Positions 1 through 14,209 are shown, counted from the whole stretch's first letter. The stretch: 61,559 nucleotides of DNA, filler included, from Basidioascus undulatus (GCA_000826855.1; 5 parts of 5 records of this genome joined end to end with filler, not necessarily neighbours in it); one strand, 5' to 3'. Notes: a model not told the origin generated them from the letters alone. Made by a program: numbers and translations.

Positions 1-332
1 GCGGCGAGAGCGCCCCGCCTGAGCGCGAGAGAAGGTCGGCGCGGTCGGAGGAGGAGGGGCCGGAGAGGGGGACGGAGGGGCGCGGGAGCGTGAGGGAGAG
101 GGTGTAGATGTCTGCGTGCGAAGGGGAAGGAGGGGGCGTCAGGGGATGCGGGGAAGATGGGGGTTGTGCGAGCGTGCCCATGCTCGGCGGCGAGGAAGAT
201 CCAACAGCCAGCTCCCATCTCGTGTGACCAGACCGCCTTCTTCTCCCACTAGCCCTCCCGGAGGACCATCTCCCTCCCGCGCTGTCTCGCCTTCCTTCCC
301 TTCCCGCGCGCATGAAACGGCGACTCACCCAT
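1..332 (-). CDS. 5' end of an unidentified gene running off the window start (MDIYTLSLTLPRPSVPLSGPSSSDRADLLSRSGGALSP...)
   Basis: A 4-nt first coding exon ATGG (332-329), a GTGAGT donor at 328, a CTGAC branch point and a CGCAG acceptor at 112 join in frame to give ATG GAC ATC TAC ACC. The frame is open to position 1 with GC3-rich codons. Confidence 0.55.
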
Positions 333-2001
333 GTCGCGGGGGGGTAAAGCGTGGTGTTTCGGGAAGTGAAGCGGGGTCGTCTCTCGTGTAGTGCAGTCAA
401 ATAAGATAGCGGTATCGGGGATGAGTGCGGGAGGGCGGAGGGGTCTTGCGGGTGAGTGAGATGGTGGTGGTATGCGTGCGAGAGGGGTATCGAGCAGCAA
501 GGAGCGAGCAGGAGGGGCGGGTGCCCGTGCGGGTGCGGATGGGGGCGGCGGATGGAGATGCGCAAGGAAGAAGTTTGGTTTGTAGAAGAGCGTGAAAGCG
601 CGGTCGGGTCGCGTGGGCGAGGAGGGGAGAGACGCGAGTAGCCGAGAATGTAAGGTTGGGGGAGGACAAGGCTCGCAAGAGAAGGATCAAGGGTCGTGTG
701 CAAGCGATGACTGCACGCTACACCGCTCGCTGCGCTGCCCGTCCAGGCGAAGGGAAGGCCAGCAACCAGGCGGAAGAGAACTGTAAAGAGAGTGCGAGGG
801 CGAGGCGAAGGCAAGGAGATCCGATCCGGTGCGGTGCGGGTGCGGGTGCGGCGGTCGAACGCTGGCTACCCTCGACGACGGCGGCGGTGAGGATAGATAG
901 GGGGAGGTGAGATGGAGTGGTCGAGGAGGAGGACAGGAGGACAAAACCAAGCAGCAGCAGCAGCGGCAGCCAAGGCAAGAGATCGTCCAACCGAGACCGG
1001 CAGGCGCGCGCGCAGGCCCGAAAGGCATAGTAAAAAAACTAGGTAGTAATCAACACGCTTGAAATCCTGCAGCGCTGACTCCAATATTCCGAACACGGAA
1101 CAAGACGTCATTTTAAAATCACACTAGGCCGAGCGAGGGTTGCATAGTAAAATTGCTAGTGTACCAGCATTTGCCAGAACACCTCTCTGTTTATTCTCTT
1201 GACACCGCTCGCCCCTTCCTCTTCTCTTCCTCTCATGATTGCCATGCATTTGTCCAGAAGCGAGACGCAGCCCGATTCACGCTGTCCATCTGGTTCGGCT
1301 ATGCGGTGGCGCCCCGGTCTCACGGACGAGTCACAACGCAGCGATGCGGTCCAGCAGCTCGAGCGGCATGGCTGGTTGTCTTGCCTAACCAATGAAGAAT
1401 CTCATCAACTGCTCCTTCCGGGATAAAAAAGGGGTGATATGTCGAATCTCGACCTCCCCAAAGTGGCTGAAGAGTGAGATTGATTAGAGGCTGGAAGCCT
1501 CGCAGATTAGCACGCTTGTCTCGAACTTTGCCTTCTCCGGCGATGATCATGATCGAGGCAGCTGGCAGTTCGGCTGCTGCCAGTACCCCAATTCTACAGT
1601 CCTTAATAAAGCAATCCCTAACGTGCCAGCAGTACGCAGCACCTAACATCCAACATGTACCTTCCAGGCGCCCAGTCTTCAGCGGCTCACATTCGCCTGC
1701 TTTCCCCGTCCTCGATGAGAGTGTAGCTCGGGATTCCCACTTATATCGGCGCATCCTCTCCTTGTCTTTCTCATTCATGCCACAAGCCCAAATCTTACCC
1801 AAGTCTTCCCGCTGCGAGAAGGAATACTCACTTCGCACACTGCCTCCTTTTCTTTTCGAACCAGACCATCACTCGCTTTCACCCTCCGTCACATCATTTT
1901 GGCCCTTATTCTCCACTTGAATCCCCTCTCAACTCTAGACTCCCCGTCGCCGCGCACTTCCGGTCCGCCCAAAACGCTCAAACGCCCCCCGTGTCCAACC
2001 C

Positions 2002-4863
2002 CTACTTTTTCAGCGCCTTCTGCACGACCTCCAGCAGAGTGACGATTTTCTCCCTGCACCCAACATCCAAATCATTAGCCTCAACATTCCAACTGCTTTC
2101 TGGAAAGACTAGGAAGTAGGCCAAGAACATCCACGCACTCCTCAAGCCGCCGCCCGATTAGTTGCAGTCCGACCGGCACGTTCCGCCAGCGCTCGGGGTC
2201 GTCGTCTGTGAGGACGTCTCGTCAGCCGTCAGCCCAGCTTAGAGTGACCACCAGAGCGAGGACAGATGGACGTACATTTCGCCTGGTTATTCTTGTCTGC
2301 ATCAGAGATGGGCACGAAGCTCGCGTTGACTGTGTCGATGGCCGGGTCGACCCTTCCAACACCCCACATTACCTTGTCAGTGACTGTTCTGACTGTTCGT
2401 TGGTAGCTTTGAAATTTGAGTGTACTCACCTCGTTACCGGGAAAACCCCCGTGGTGAGGTCCAGCATGGGCGAGAGGTTTGCGTAGCCGGCGCTGCAGAC
2501 GGGGAGTTGAGGCAGTCAGGCTCGAGTCTTACCGTGGAAAGAAAGGAGGTAATGCGCACGGGAGGTCATCCTCGAACTCATTCGGCAGTGCCGGGAAGGA
2601 CTGTACGGGCATGATGAGTGCGTCGATGGGTCTTCCAGTGCAAGTGATGTTCTTGGTCCTGCACAGGTTCGGGTGGGCTTCGGTCAGAGCCCACCCGTGC
2701 AACCGCGGAAAGAGAACTAAGCACCCACTCTTCCCAGTCCGCCAAAAACTGCGTGGCAAACCGCTGCCGCTGCTCGACAAGCGCCCAGCTGTCGTTCACA
2801 GTCGGACGCTCCTTCTCTGGTACGGGGCGCATGAGGTTGAGGACTTGGGGGATCCACGGCTCGCCGGAGGAGTCGATGTCGTGTTCATCTGCACGATACC
2901 ACCCTGGGTCAGCACCCCAGAACCTTCGATCAGTTTGAACGTCGCACATTGGACGCTCCCGTCAGCCCGGAACATGGAAGTCTGCGTCGCGGATTCAGTT
3001 GGTCGCCTGAGAATCTGGGGATTAAGGAATGGGCAGCGTACCACGAGCGCCTGTGCCTCAGGCAACCCTGCCGGGATGTACTCCACCACCTCGTGCCCCA
3101 GTGCCTCCAGGGCCTTCCGAGTCTCGTACATCGCCCGCTGCAGCGGCGGCGCAGGCTGGAACGCGCCGTCCCCCATCGTCCACCTGTTTCCCCCTCGTGG
3201 TTACGTGTGTAGTTAGAGCTGAAAACAAAGAGACCCACCCAAAGGAAAGCTTCTCCGGCAGCTGCTCCTGCTCTTCCCGCCATGGGATGGGGAGCACGAC
3301 CGGGTCTTGGAGGAACGTGTTTTGCGCGGCGAGGGTGGACATGAAGAGCCGGAGGTCGGCGGGGGAGCGTCCGAGGGGGCCGCAGGTGGATTGGACTACA
3401 GTCTCAATTATTAGCTCTTTCTGGTCCCTGGAAAGAATACCCCAGTGAACCCACCGGCCTCCTGCCCACGCAGACTATTGGCGACGCGCTGTGAGCGCCT
3501 CAATTGTCAGCGCCGGGCTTCCTGAGGGCGAAAAGTGCAAACGCACCTGGTAGCTGCACCTGCCCACACTGGGACGCAGGCCCCACAGGCCGGCGTTGAT
3601 AGCCGGGAAACGGATCGAGCCCCCGATGTCGGTGCCTGCGCAGGAGGTCAGCGGGTGTTCGTGACCAGAAAATATGTAGGGTTTCCGCTGACCGACGCCG
3701 ATGAAACTTGCGTGGCTGCCAACTGAAAGTGAAGGTTGATTTTGTTAGTTAAGATGATAACGTCTCGAGAGAAGTGGTAAGCCGTACCAAGGGCGCCTTC
3801 GCCACCGGATGAGCCTCCGGTGCCCACGCCACGGTTGAAGGGGTTGACAGTGCGGCCGAACTGAAGCGAGCGCGAGTTATGAGCAAATCTGTTGAATTAG
3901 TGGGGATGAAGTAGGGATGTACCAGGTTATTGACGGTCACATCAGCCTGCACACCCACCACGCTTTCAGCATCAGCACTGCGTCGCAGTTTCACAGCCAA
4001 GAGCGGACGCACCATCAGACCAGGCGGGATGTTCGTCCTACAGAGGGGGAGAAAGTGAGCAAATGCAATGCTCTTCATAATCATTTATTTTAGATAACCC
4101 CTCACTTGACAAAGCCAGGGATTGCCCCAGCAGCCTCAAGCGCGCTGACGAGCGTCGAGTCGACGTCGGCGGGCTTATTGGCAAACGAAACGTATCCGAT
4201 CGTGGAGTCGAGACCCTTGAGCTGGAACTGGTCCTTGAGGGAGCTGAGATTCCATGAATTTTATTTTAGTAATGTATCAATGAGAGGAGTGGTGTGATCG
4301 AGTAAGGAAGGTCTTTACATTGGCAGACCGTGCAGGGGCCCAACGACACACCCCGTCTGTTCGAAGTGCGCATCGAGCTCGGCTGCGCGTTGGAACGCTC
4401 GGTCGAAAGCGATTTCGGTGAGACTGTTGAGCTTTCTGGTGAGCCAAAGTATGCCCAGAGACGTCGATAGAAGGGGCACTTGCGGGTTAACGAGCTGCTG
4501 CGCCGCGACCGTCCGCTTGCCAACAGCCTCAAGGACCTGCGTGGCGGTCCACTCTCCCGACGCAATGCGCTCAACGACGTCCGACGCGGTAGCCTCAGTG
4601 ATCTCGAGCTCCAAGTCAGTAAACCATCCGCTCGTGAATGCCCACGAGGTGACGTCAAGCGTGTCGTTCGAGGGGAGCAGCTCGGGCGGGACGAGCCAGC
4701 CTGTCTCCTTCAGAAGCGAGGCGCGGGCGGACTGCTTGTCGGCGGCGACGATCTGCCATGAGTCGGAGTCTGAGGTGATGTTGTCACGAGGGAGAAGGTC
4801 GTGCGGTGCTCGGAAGGGAAACGCCGCGGTCGCGCCTGCCCAGAGCAGGGGGAGAAGCAGCAT
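2002..4863 (-). CDS. Amidase-signature family enzyme (acetamidase-like), multi-exon, with predicted signal peptide
   Basis: Spliced translation gives GPLHGLP-ISLKD (catalytic Lys), FGRTVNPFNRGVGTGGSSGGEGAL, TDIGGSIRFPA (Ser-cisSer-Lys triad) and C-terminal PVGLQLIGRRLEE. N-terminus is MLLLPLLWAGATAAFP. Stop TAG at 2002-2004. Confidence 0.92.
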
Positions 4864-5632
4864 GGTGCGGTTGGTGCAGACAGAGAAACCAGAGGGTGGA
4901 GAGGTTGAGAAAGAAGAGCGTTGATCGAACCTGATATATCAGCATACTCTGGTGTCCTCGTGGTGCTGACTTCCAGATCACCGAGAACGCCTTATCGCGC
5001 GGCTGCAGAGACGGGCTGTTGCACCCGAGCCCCGTTGCAATCCCGGGAGGAGGCGACGCCGCTGCATGACCGCCAAGACGCGCTCCTCGGAGAGGACTGC
5101 CGTACATTGGCCGGGCATGTCTAACTGATACGGGCAAGGCTCTTCCACGGCTAGTGCCCTTGCATGCCTTGCAGCAGTCAGTCCCGGAAAACCACTCCGG
5201 TGTGCCTACACCCTTTCACTTAATGATTTCTATGCCATATTGGGTTGTCGGGTATTTTTCCTATATTTTCAGGCCGTATCGCCAGAGAAGTGTACCTCAC
5301 GTCTCCGACTATCTCAAGGGCGTAGCATTGCAGTCGCAGAAGACTAGGATTGCTCAGATCACTCTCTTCCAAATCTAAAAAAACAGGTGTCCTCACCCCA
5401 GGTAATCTTGAAAATCTTGCAAACGCGCACAGACGGGGCTCAGGTACGCTGCGTTCGCTGTGATATCCGGTATCCAAACCCAATGGCCAGCCCGATCAAG
5501 CCAGGTGCCTTCGATTGCTTTGGTCAAGAACGTGCGGCGTTGTCGAATGGTATCATGGTCCGTGGAACATCACAGAAGACATTCACACTTCAGCTGTATT
5601 GTGTAATGCGGAACATGGCAATAACGCAGAAA

Positions 5633-6489
5633 GTCTGACATAGCTCAGGATTTAGAAGAGGCCTTCCGCCCTTCAAGCCCCGTCCACGAGCGCAAAAAAA
5701 ATGGCCCTCCCACTGCCGCTCCTCGTGCCCCCACACTTCGTCCCACTTCGCACGAAGGAGAGCCGTGATCGCCATGTCGACAGCCACAAGCGGCACCGCG
5801 GCGGCAGACGCTGCCACGATGAGTGCACTGGTTCTCGCAGACGGGAACAGGGGATCAAGGCAGGCGAGGAGAAGAATGGTCGGTAGATGACCGTGCTGAG
5901 TACGGCATGGGGAACTTGCCATCGGGCAGCCTTGTCTGGATCACTACTGCTCGGCCGCTGTCGGTGGGCTGGCCTGGCAGCTTGTCTGTGCGGCGGACGA
6001 GCGGCTGTATGGGCACGCCAGAGGTCGAGATGTGATAGTCGAGGCGGACGGCGAAGGCAGCCACGGTGACGAAGAATCTGATCATCACGGCTGTCGCTAA
6101 GAGAGTCCACGATGTCTAGTTGCCAAAGGTACTTGAACGGTCGCCTGGAAAGAAGTCGGGAGGGGCCCCTACGGCTTCGTCGAGCAGAGTGTGTATACCG
6201 TAAGGTAAAAGGATAGAGATGTTCTGCGGAAGTCTCCATGAGTGCGAGCGGAGATTGCGACGAAATGCGAACGAAAACGAACCGCGACGAAAATAAAAAT
6301 CCCATGTCCTCTCAGGCTTTGATTGCCCCATTCGTACACTCCGATCCAATATGCCACCGCGATCCAGACCACGGACTGGTTGACCACGGTGTGGGGTTGC
6401 GCGAATGCGGCGTAGACGAGGGTGTGGACCACGAGTATCACAAAACGAAGCCGATTGAAGAGCTGGCTATCGATGTCCAACCGGCTCAT
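5633..6489 (-). pseudogene. Possible degenerate membrane-protein gene
   Basis: Hydrophobic segments (LRFVILVVHTLVYAAF, VVWIAVAYWIGVY, WTLLATAVMIRFFVTVAAFAV, ALIVAASAAAVPLVAVDMAITALL) are spread over interrupted frames. No family recognised. Confidence 0.3.
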
Positions 6490-8991
6490 TTTTATGTATG
6501 CGAAGCCTTTTATAAGTCTTGGCAGAGGTCACATCTAGTGAAACTTTTCTTGTATGAAGAAACGCACCCCCATCCCCTTCCCGAGCCACAGCTCCACGAC
6601 TCTCAAAGGTAGAGTGAAGACAGCCGGCAAACACGAGAACGTGATGTTCCCTCCGTCAGTCTGAATTGTCATGACAAAATCTAATTATATCATTCGTACC
6701 AGCGAAAATTCTGAAACGAATGTCGCGCCTGCAGAGAATGCAGTGCCTAGCCAGGCCCAACCATATCTCTGCAGCACCACAGCCCCTGTCCAAGCGGAAG
6801 AAACCCAATCGCGATGTAATGCCCGTTGTGAGTCAATTCTACATTCGGAAACGAGGCTCTCCTCCTGGGAGGGGTGGGGTTTTCTGGCGGCGTGCGCCCG
6901 GGGAGGGCTGTAGGCCTGCTGGACGGCGAGCCAATTGCGCAAGGAGCGCTGCCCGGCGAGCGTCGACGCAACAATCAAGCTGAGGGAGATTGCAGGACGA
7001 GTCGTAGCTGCGATATTTCGACCAGCTTTAGGTGCTCGATGAGGATGAGGGCGTCATTTCGAGGTATGGTCGATCGAAGGTGATGGTCGGAGTCTGAGAG
7101 CGGTCGGTCAAACACGAAGGAGCCAGGTGATTTTGGATCCAGAGACGCCGAAGTGCCACGCGCGCGCGGCTCCCCCGCTTGTTCGTATCTGAGGAATTTC
7201 TAAACCCCGCTCATCCAAGATTTCTTACAGTTCTCACACCTGCTCAAAGACTGCAAGACCGGATGAACCTGAGCAGGGTTCTTCGCTATCCGCTTGTCCG
7301 TTCACTCAAATATCGACTCCCAGGAGAGCTAGATACCTTTCTTGGCCCGTGGTATGTTCTAATTACAGCTCCCAAATAAGCTGTTCGGAGGCAGTGCACG
7401 CCCCCAGCTCCTGCCCTCTTTTTCACCTCCCCTCCGGCCTGAGCTCCAGGACCGGTTATGTGAGGATTTCGGTGCAGCACTGCAATTTCCTTGTGCTTAT
7501 GAAATAAATCAAATTAAGATACTTACATCCTCCTGTGATCCCGATGTGATCAGGTAATCTGCACGCAGAGAGGAACTCTCCAAGCTGACACAATGGGAGT
7601 GTGGGACGTTCAGGAGCAAAGGCAATGTGATACCTATCCCGACGACCGTGAAGTCAGGAAAGAACTAAAATTCCGACAAGATTTTCTGTATAAAACATAC
7701 TGTCTTGAGTCTTGAGCGTTGCGTGGACGCTAGGGGTACTGGAGGCAGAACATGATAATTACGCTTGGTTACGGTGAAATTTTGTCAAGGCTCTGGAGAG
7801 GTACTGTTCGTAGTCGATGGGAAAGTTGTGTCTCTTGAAAATGTCTGGAGGCTGGAGCACCTAAGTCAAAGCAAGTTATTGTACGCGTGAGCACAGGAAT
7901 CCTGGTCCCCACTCCCTGTGTGTGCGTGCACCGTCTGCTCCTCCACAGATGATTCACATCACACAACAAGGTTCACGGACTAGAGAATATTAACAGTTCT
8001 TTTAATGTGCTCGAGTACCCATGTAGCATCCATTTTTGCGAAGGCAAAGCTGGGGTTCACTTGGCCGCGAAATACTGCAGCCCAGTCCGCGGTACTGGAC
8101 CCTCTGCGAGGTGTTCGGCAAAAAAAAGAAAGAGCCCCTAGTCTGGGCAGATTCTCATTATGATTTGAACTGTTCAATACCTCGAATTATATTTTTGAGG
8201 TACCATGATGCGAAGCGGTAACGAACCGCGGCCCTCCCACCGGGACCCACCCTCAAACCCACGCAACAAGACATTGCCTGAGAGGCCCTACAGCGTCCTT
8301 GGTCTGTTTCACATATAACCTCTGGAAATTTTGGCCTGTAAACATTCTACTTATTCAAGCAAAGTACACTGAGTTGACCGGGTAGACCCCCACAGGCTGC
8401 GGTGCGAGAGACACACCCACCCGTTTGGGATGTTTCTAGGCTCCACGACAGTAGTGCAAGTTGAGGGCGAGTTCTATAAAATTGATACAGGGATGCGGCA
8501 CCAATTCAACAGCAATCGGACGCAAAGTTGGATCTCCGCGTAGACTGCCGTAGGGACCCAGATGCGCAACAGTCGTACCGGCCAACACTTGCAGTGGAGC
8601 GTGCCAGTCTTCGACTTACTCAGTCCCACCAGCTCCTGCCTCTTTTAAGTGCGCTCGCATACAAATACTGTCTGCGGATAGGCGGTATGTACGTTGCGTT
8701 ACGACAAGCAGTGAGGCCTAAGGATAGTCAAGAAGATAACAGTCCAGGATGGGAAGGCCAGTGACAAGTCACTGATCCATCTCATGAAGAACCAAACCCA
8801 AGCCGAGAAAGTACGGACTCTATGATGTAAGCCAGGGCCTGAAGAGTTTGGTATGCGAACGTTGAACTTCATATTTTGGCGAGGCATAAACTGAGCCCAG
8901 TCACGTGCGCGAAACTTCGATGGGATTTTGGGCGCCTTCTCCCTTCCCAAAGACCGCTTATCGTCTTCCTTCATCCTCTGCATCTCCCGGC

Positions 8992-11900
8992 ATGGTGTCG
9001 ACCTCAACAACGCCCACGCCAGGGCCATCCTCGGCATTTTCCTCCTCGGCGTCGCTGATCCGGGCGCTCAAAGCGGCCAACGAGCCTGAGGGGACGACCA
9101 AGATCGCGCTCGCCTCGACCGCGTTCTTGCTGCCCTCGTCGACGCTGTACATCCCCCGCAAGCACGAGATGCTCGCGGAATTTGTTCTCTCCTCTCTCTC
9201 AAACCGCAAAGCCTCCTCAAACACGGTAGGAGCGATCACCGACGCTCGCTACTGGGCCCTGCTGGGCGACATCGTAGCCGACTCGACGCAGACGCACTGG
9301 CTCCCGCCCGTCCTCGCAAGGTACCCGCTTTGCCCGGTCCTCGCCGCCCTGTTGGGCACACAGCCGGCGGAGGAGGTCTTGAAACAGGCATTGAAGGTCA
9401 CGCGCGGCCTGAGGACGTTCGCGCTCCAGCGTGCGAGCGCCGAGCAGGTGGTGGATGCATGGGCGGCGGGGCTGGGATACCTCGTTGCGGGCGGGGCGGA
9501 GGGTGAGGGGTTCGAGGAGCTTATGGGTCTGCTCTCGAGCGCGCTGAGGAGCGCGCTCTCGGTTGTTAACCCTGGCATACGCAAGAAGGTGAGCTTGCCC
9601 TCCTGGGTATCTTCACGGGTTGCAGGCTGACTGTGAGCTGCGCAGCTTACGACTACATTCACCCGCACGCACCTCCGCGCTCTCCTCTTCGCTCTCTCCC
9701 GCGCGTCTCCGTCGCTGAGAGAAACCATTCTTCTCGCTGCCGAGGACCTTCTCTTCTCGGCGGACGGCGTGGCGCGCGTGATTGCTGAGCTGGAGAAGGG
9801 AGACGGCGAGGAAGGGAAGGAGGGTCTGCTCAGCGGCCTCAAAGCGCTTCTGAACGGTGATACTCGGGAAGCAGGTGAGTAGATCTGCCTTTCTTCCAAA
9901 CCCTCTATAGCTAACCAGCTCCTCCCACAGTCCTCTCGGCCTTCCCCACCCTCCTCTCCTCTTTCCACGCCCGCCTCCCCGCCTCCGCCTCCTCCTCCTC
10001 GCACCCAACCTTCTCCCTCTTCATAGCCCTCCTCTCCCTCCTCCCCCCCACATCAGCGCACTCCACGCGAGCCGCGCTCCTCTCGACCCTCTCGGCCCTC
10101 GCGCCCCCCGCGCCCGAAGACGAGCGCCTCGAGACGCTCGTCGCGCTGGGCACAGCGGGCGTGAGCGCGCTGGAGCAGGGGCTTTCCGAGCCCGAGCTGG
10201 ACGGCGTCCTGCGCACGCTCGAGGAAGTATGGAAGGCCGAGCCGGACGCTGTGGCTTCCCTGTCCGGGCGTGTGCTGAGCGCGCTAGCTCCCGCGAGGCC
10301 CTCGACCCCCGCACTCGCCCTCCTCCAGACGCACCTGACATACTCGTCGCAGACACGCACGCTCCCGCTCTTCTTGTCCTCGCTCGCTGAGGCGCTCGTC
10401 CCGCCCTACACAAGCACCGCGCTGGGCCCGCTCGCGTCCCCCGCGTTCACTGCATCCCTCGCCGCGGCGCAGAAAGCGTACCTCACGTCCAACCAGGTCC
10501 TCCCCCTCCTGACCTCCTCGCTCGCGCAAGTTCGCGAGGCGTGGGAGACCCTCGCTTCTTCCTCTTCCTCCGAGCGCCCAACCAAGCGCCGCAAGTCCAA
10601 ATCCGGACGCCCCTCCGTCGCCGACACAGGCGCATCCGACCGCCTCGCGCTCCTCGCCTGCCCCCTCCTCACCCTTCTCGACGCCCTCCCGTCCCTCCTT
10701 CCCTGCGTCGTGCCCGCGCAGCGCGCCGAAGCGCGCGTGGCACTGGAGGAGTTTGAGCGCGGGGTTGTGAGGCGGATGTATGCTTCTGGGACAGGCGCAG
10801 GTAGGGGCGCGGCGGCGGTGCTGAGGGTTGGACGCGCGATGGGGGAGTTGGGGCTGCTTGGCGAGGAGGAGGACGGCACGCAGATTGAGAAGGTCGGCGA
10901 GGGAAGCGCGGAGGAAGTACTGGAAATATTGCGGGGCTGCGCGAAGGATGGGGAGGCCGAATTGGCACTTGAGATCGTGCGTCGTTTCTTTTTTTCTCCC
11001 TCACGAGAACACGATCTGATTTCCCCCGCCGGCTGGGATAGGTCCTCACGCTCCTGTACCACCTCTCCCTCCCGCCCTCATCACCCCTCCGCCTCCCGCT
11101 CGAGCCCACCCGCACACTCGACGCCATCCTCGACCTCCTCCCCTTCTCATTCGCGCCCTCACCGTCCGCAGCGTGGACGGGCCGCCTTGCGGAGCTGGAC
11201 GCGGAGGGCCTGCCCGCGGCCGTGTGGGAGGCCGTGGCGGGGCGGCTGCATATCTTCGAGTGCGTTTCCGGTTTTCGGTCTTTCTGGGATTGTATGGTAA
11301 TGTTGCTCGCACGGTAGCTGATGTGTCGGAGGTTGGTGATGACCAGCGCCCTCGCGTCTTCCGCCCAACTCGACAAGCTTTGCGCCCTCCTGCTCTCCAG
11401 CCTCGCCCCTTCGCCCGTTGACCCTCCGCCGTTCTCATTCGCCTCGACCTCGACCCTCCTCCTCCGCACCGCTTCCTTCTGGGAACTCTCCTCCATCCGC
11501 AGTCCGTCCCCTCTCCGTTCCTTTCCCTTCCTCATCCTTGCACCCTGCTTACCCCCAGACACGACCAGCCCGCCTCCTCGCCCTCCTCCTCTCGCAGACG
11601 ACCCCCGCGACGTTCCGCACCCTCCTCCACTTCCCCACAGAGTACCTCTCCCGCTCCGCACGCTCAGAGTTTGTGAAGCGCGCACTGGAGGCGGACCGCG
11701 CGCTGCCGGACGGCGAGGGCGAGGGGGCGGTGCACGAGGCGATTAGGGGCTTTCTGGAGCGGTTGGGGCGGGAGGGAGGTGGTGGTGGACTGGGAGGGGC
11801 GGTGAGTCTCTTTTGATATGCGTGAAGGGGAGGAAGGGGAAGAGGGTATTGATGAATGGGGCTTGGCGGGGACAGATATCCGATGCGGAGACGCTGTGGC

Positions 11901-13868
11901 ATCTGGCAAGTGTTCCGGCTGGGCCGGTCGGCGACCAGCTCCGGAGCGCAACCGGTGGGATCCTCAGTCTTTGTCTGCGGTGCGTGCCTCTTCTCCCATC
12001 TGCTCCCACCTCCAAACGCATGCCTGACGTCCCCGTCCCTCCCGACGCAGGACCCTCCTCAAGGCTCTCAAGCCCGCGACGGTGGTCCCCGTGTCGCTCG
12101 CGTCGCTCACGTCCTCCCTCGCCGACGCGCAGGCGTTCAAGGACCGCACGGCGGCTGCGACCCTCGCGCAGGACGCCTCCGTCCTGCTCATCCGCCTGTT
12201 CACGGAGGAAGTGCGCGAGCCGGAAGCGTGGGTCACGTTTTCCCTCAGCACTTCGAAATTCAAACACTAACGCTGAAGTGGACGACAGGATTGACTCGAG
12301 CTACCTCAAGCTCATCAAGAAGCTCGGGAAGAAGACGGCGGGCGGCGTGCAGAAGCGGCTGCGCAAGGCGGCCGAGTCCCCCACCGCCGAGCAGGGCCTG
12401 GCGGGGCTCGTGGAAGCGTGCAAGGTTGCGCGCGTCTTTTTGGAGCGGGTCGAAGAGGGTGCGTGTCTTTCCCTCTCGGTTCCTCCACAGTGGCTGAACC
12501 AGTGGACACAAATGCACACAGATCTGCCCGAGCCTTTCGGCCAGACGCTCCTCGCGCGCGTCGCCCGCGATGCGGAGGCGGACATGCAGCTGAAGGCCGC
12601 GATCCTGTCGCTCCTGGACGTGGAGACCCGCCCACGGGCGGGAACTGCCGACGGCGGGGTACACGAGCGATTCGTGGCCGCGTACATCCTCTTTTCGTTC
12701 CAACGTGCATGGTTGTCTGGCTCTTCTTCCGTGAGCGCTTCCTGCTAATACACGGTTCGTGGCGGACATGCAGGACCCGACCCCGCTCTCGATGCGTGCT
12801 TCGCGGGCATGCTCGCCTCGCGCTCGTCCGAGGCGGCGTCACGCATGTGGGCAGTGCTGGAGGAGAGTGTTGCGCGCTCGGCGGTGCGGAGGGAGACGCA
12901 CGTCGGGGCTGTCCTGCATGCTTTCAAGGTGCTGATCAAGGATAGCAATGATAGTATGTTGCTGACGTTATCTCGGTGGAAGGAGGTTGGTCGCTGATTG
13001 ATTGGGACCCGTAGGCCGGATGATCCGCGCTGGGCTGTCAAAGCTGCTGCAGCACCTCGTTGCTCTGCTCGATGCTGGACAGCCGACTTCCGTCCTTGCT
13101 GGGGTGGCTAACTTGATGGAGACGGTCGTTTCCGACAGGGTGAGTCGCATACGTCTGAGTGCGTCGTTCTTTCGTTGACATCTTCCTTTCCACCAGGCCA
13201 TCCTCCTCCAACGGACCGACGTCGCCTCCATCCTGTCGCTCATCTCAAAGTCCCTCTCCGCCCAACCCACGCACGACCCCACCTCCTCTCCGCACATCTT
13301 CGCCTCCCTCACCAGCACCCTAACCGCCCTGATCCGCCTCCGGCGGGACCTCCTCTCCCAGCTCCTCCCGCACGTCTCCGCCGTCCTCACCCAGCTCCTC
13401 AGCGCGCTGCGCGCCATACGACCCAACCTCGGTGCCAAGCAAACACGCACCGTAGCGGACTCGCTCCCCTCCTGGCTCGCCCCCTCCTCCCCGCTTACCA
13501 TCCGCGAAGCGAAGTCCCTCGCGCGCCTCTTGACCTCCCTCACCACCAAGACCATCCCCCTCACCTCCTCCACCTCCTCGCGGGACGCAAGGCCCACCGC
13601 GGACGTCGCGTCCTCCCTCGCGCGCGCGTTCTCCAAACACGCGCCGTTCCTCCTTGTCGCATATGTCCGCGTCGTCAGCGACCCGCTCACGTTCCTCGCG
13701 CCCGAGGTCCGCAGCGAGCTCGAGCCGGGGCTGTTTGCACTCTGCGAGATGACCGGCGAGCACGAGCGTGGGGCCGTCATGCTTGCTATGCTTGGGCCGG
13801 GGGAGAAGGTCGTATTTAAGGCGCTGTGGGCTGGGTACGAGAAGCAGAAGTACACGGGTCGGTCTTAG
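8992..13868 (+). CDS. URB2: Nucleolar pre-ribosomal-associated protein 2 (Urb2/Npa2), multi-exon
   Basis: N-terminus SSASLIRALKAANEP...LYIPRKHEMLAEFVL and C-terminal Urb2 domain HAPFLLVAYVRVVSDP...ELEPGLFALCEM...VFKALWAGYEKQKYTGRS*. Long leucine-rich helical body with GT-AG introns. Confidence 0.85.
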
Positions 13869-14209
13869 AGGATACATGCATAGAGCTGTTCGACTATTGG
13901 GCCTTGGGGTCTGTGATGTGAGCTTGGCTATCTGCAAGGTGCACGGCCCCGTCGTTTCGGAGGTTGGATGCGGCCGGTCAAAGCCGGTTTCCTAATTCGG
14001 CCTAAATCTCGACTCGCGATGCTGTATCCGGTTCATCAGAACAAGTCGATTTGAGGAGCACGTCGTTCGGCCCATGGCCACATAACTTCACGATCAAAAG
14101 ATGTGTTCAGAAGCCTTAGGTTTCCGAGAACACGACGCGAGCACACGATCAGATGCGTAGCAGCTCCAGGAAGTCCGACTCTATCTTTCTCAGTATACAG
14201 AATTACTTC

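Noticed and set aside
1121..1162. 7-bp inverted repeat ACACTAG...CTAGTGT (CACTA-like mini element)
   Set aside because: Too short, no second copy seen, and compatible with chance.
1320..1920. Overlapping 172-aa and 148-aa ORFs
   Set aside because: No recognisable motif or coding codon bias. It could be a relic, but this is unsupported.
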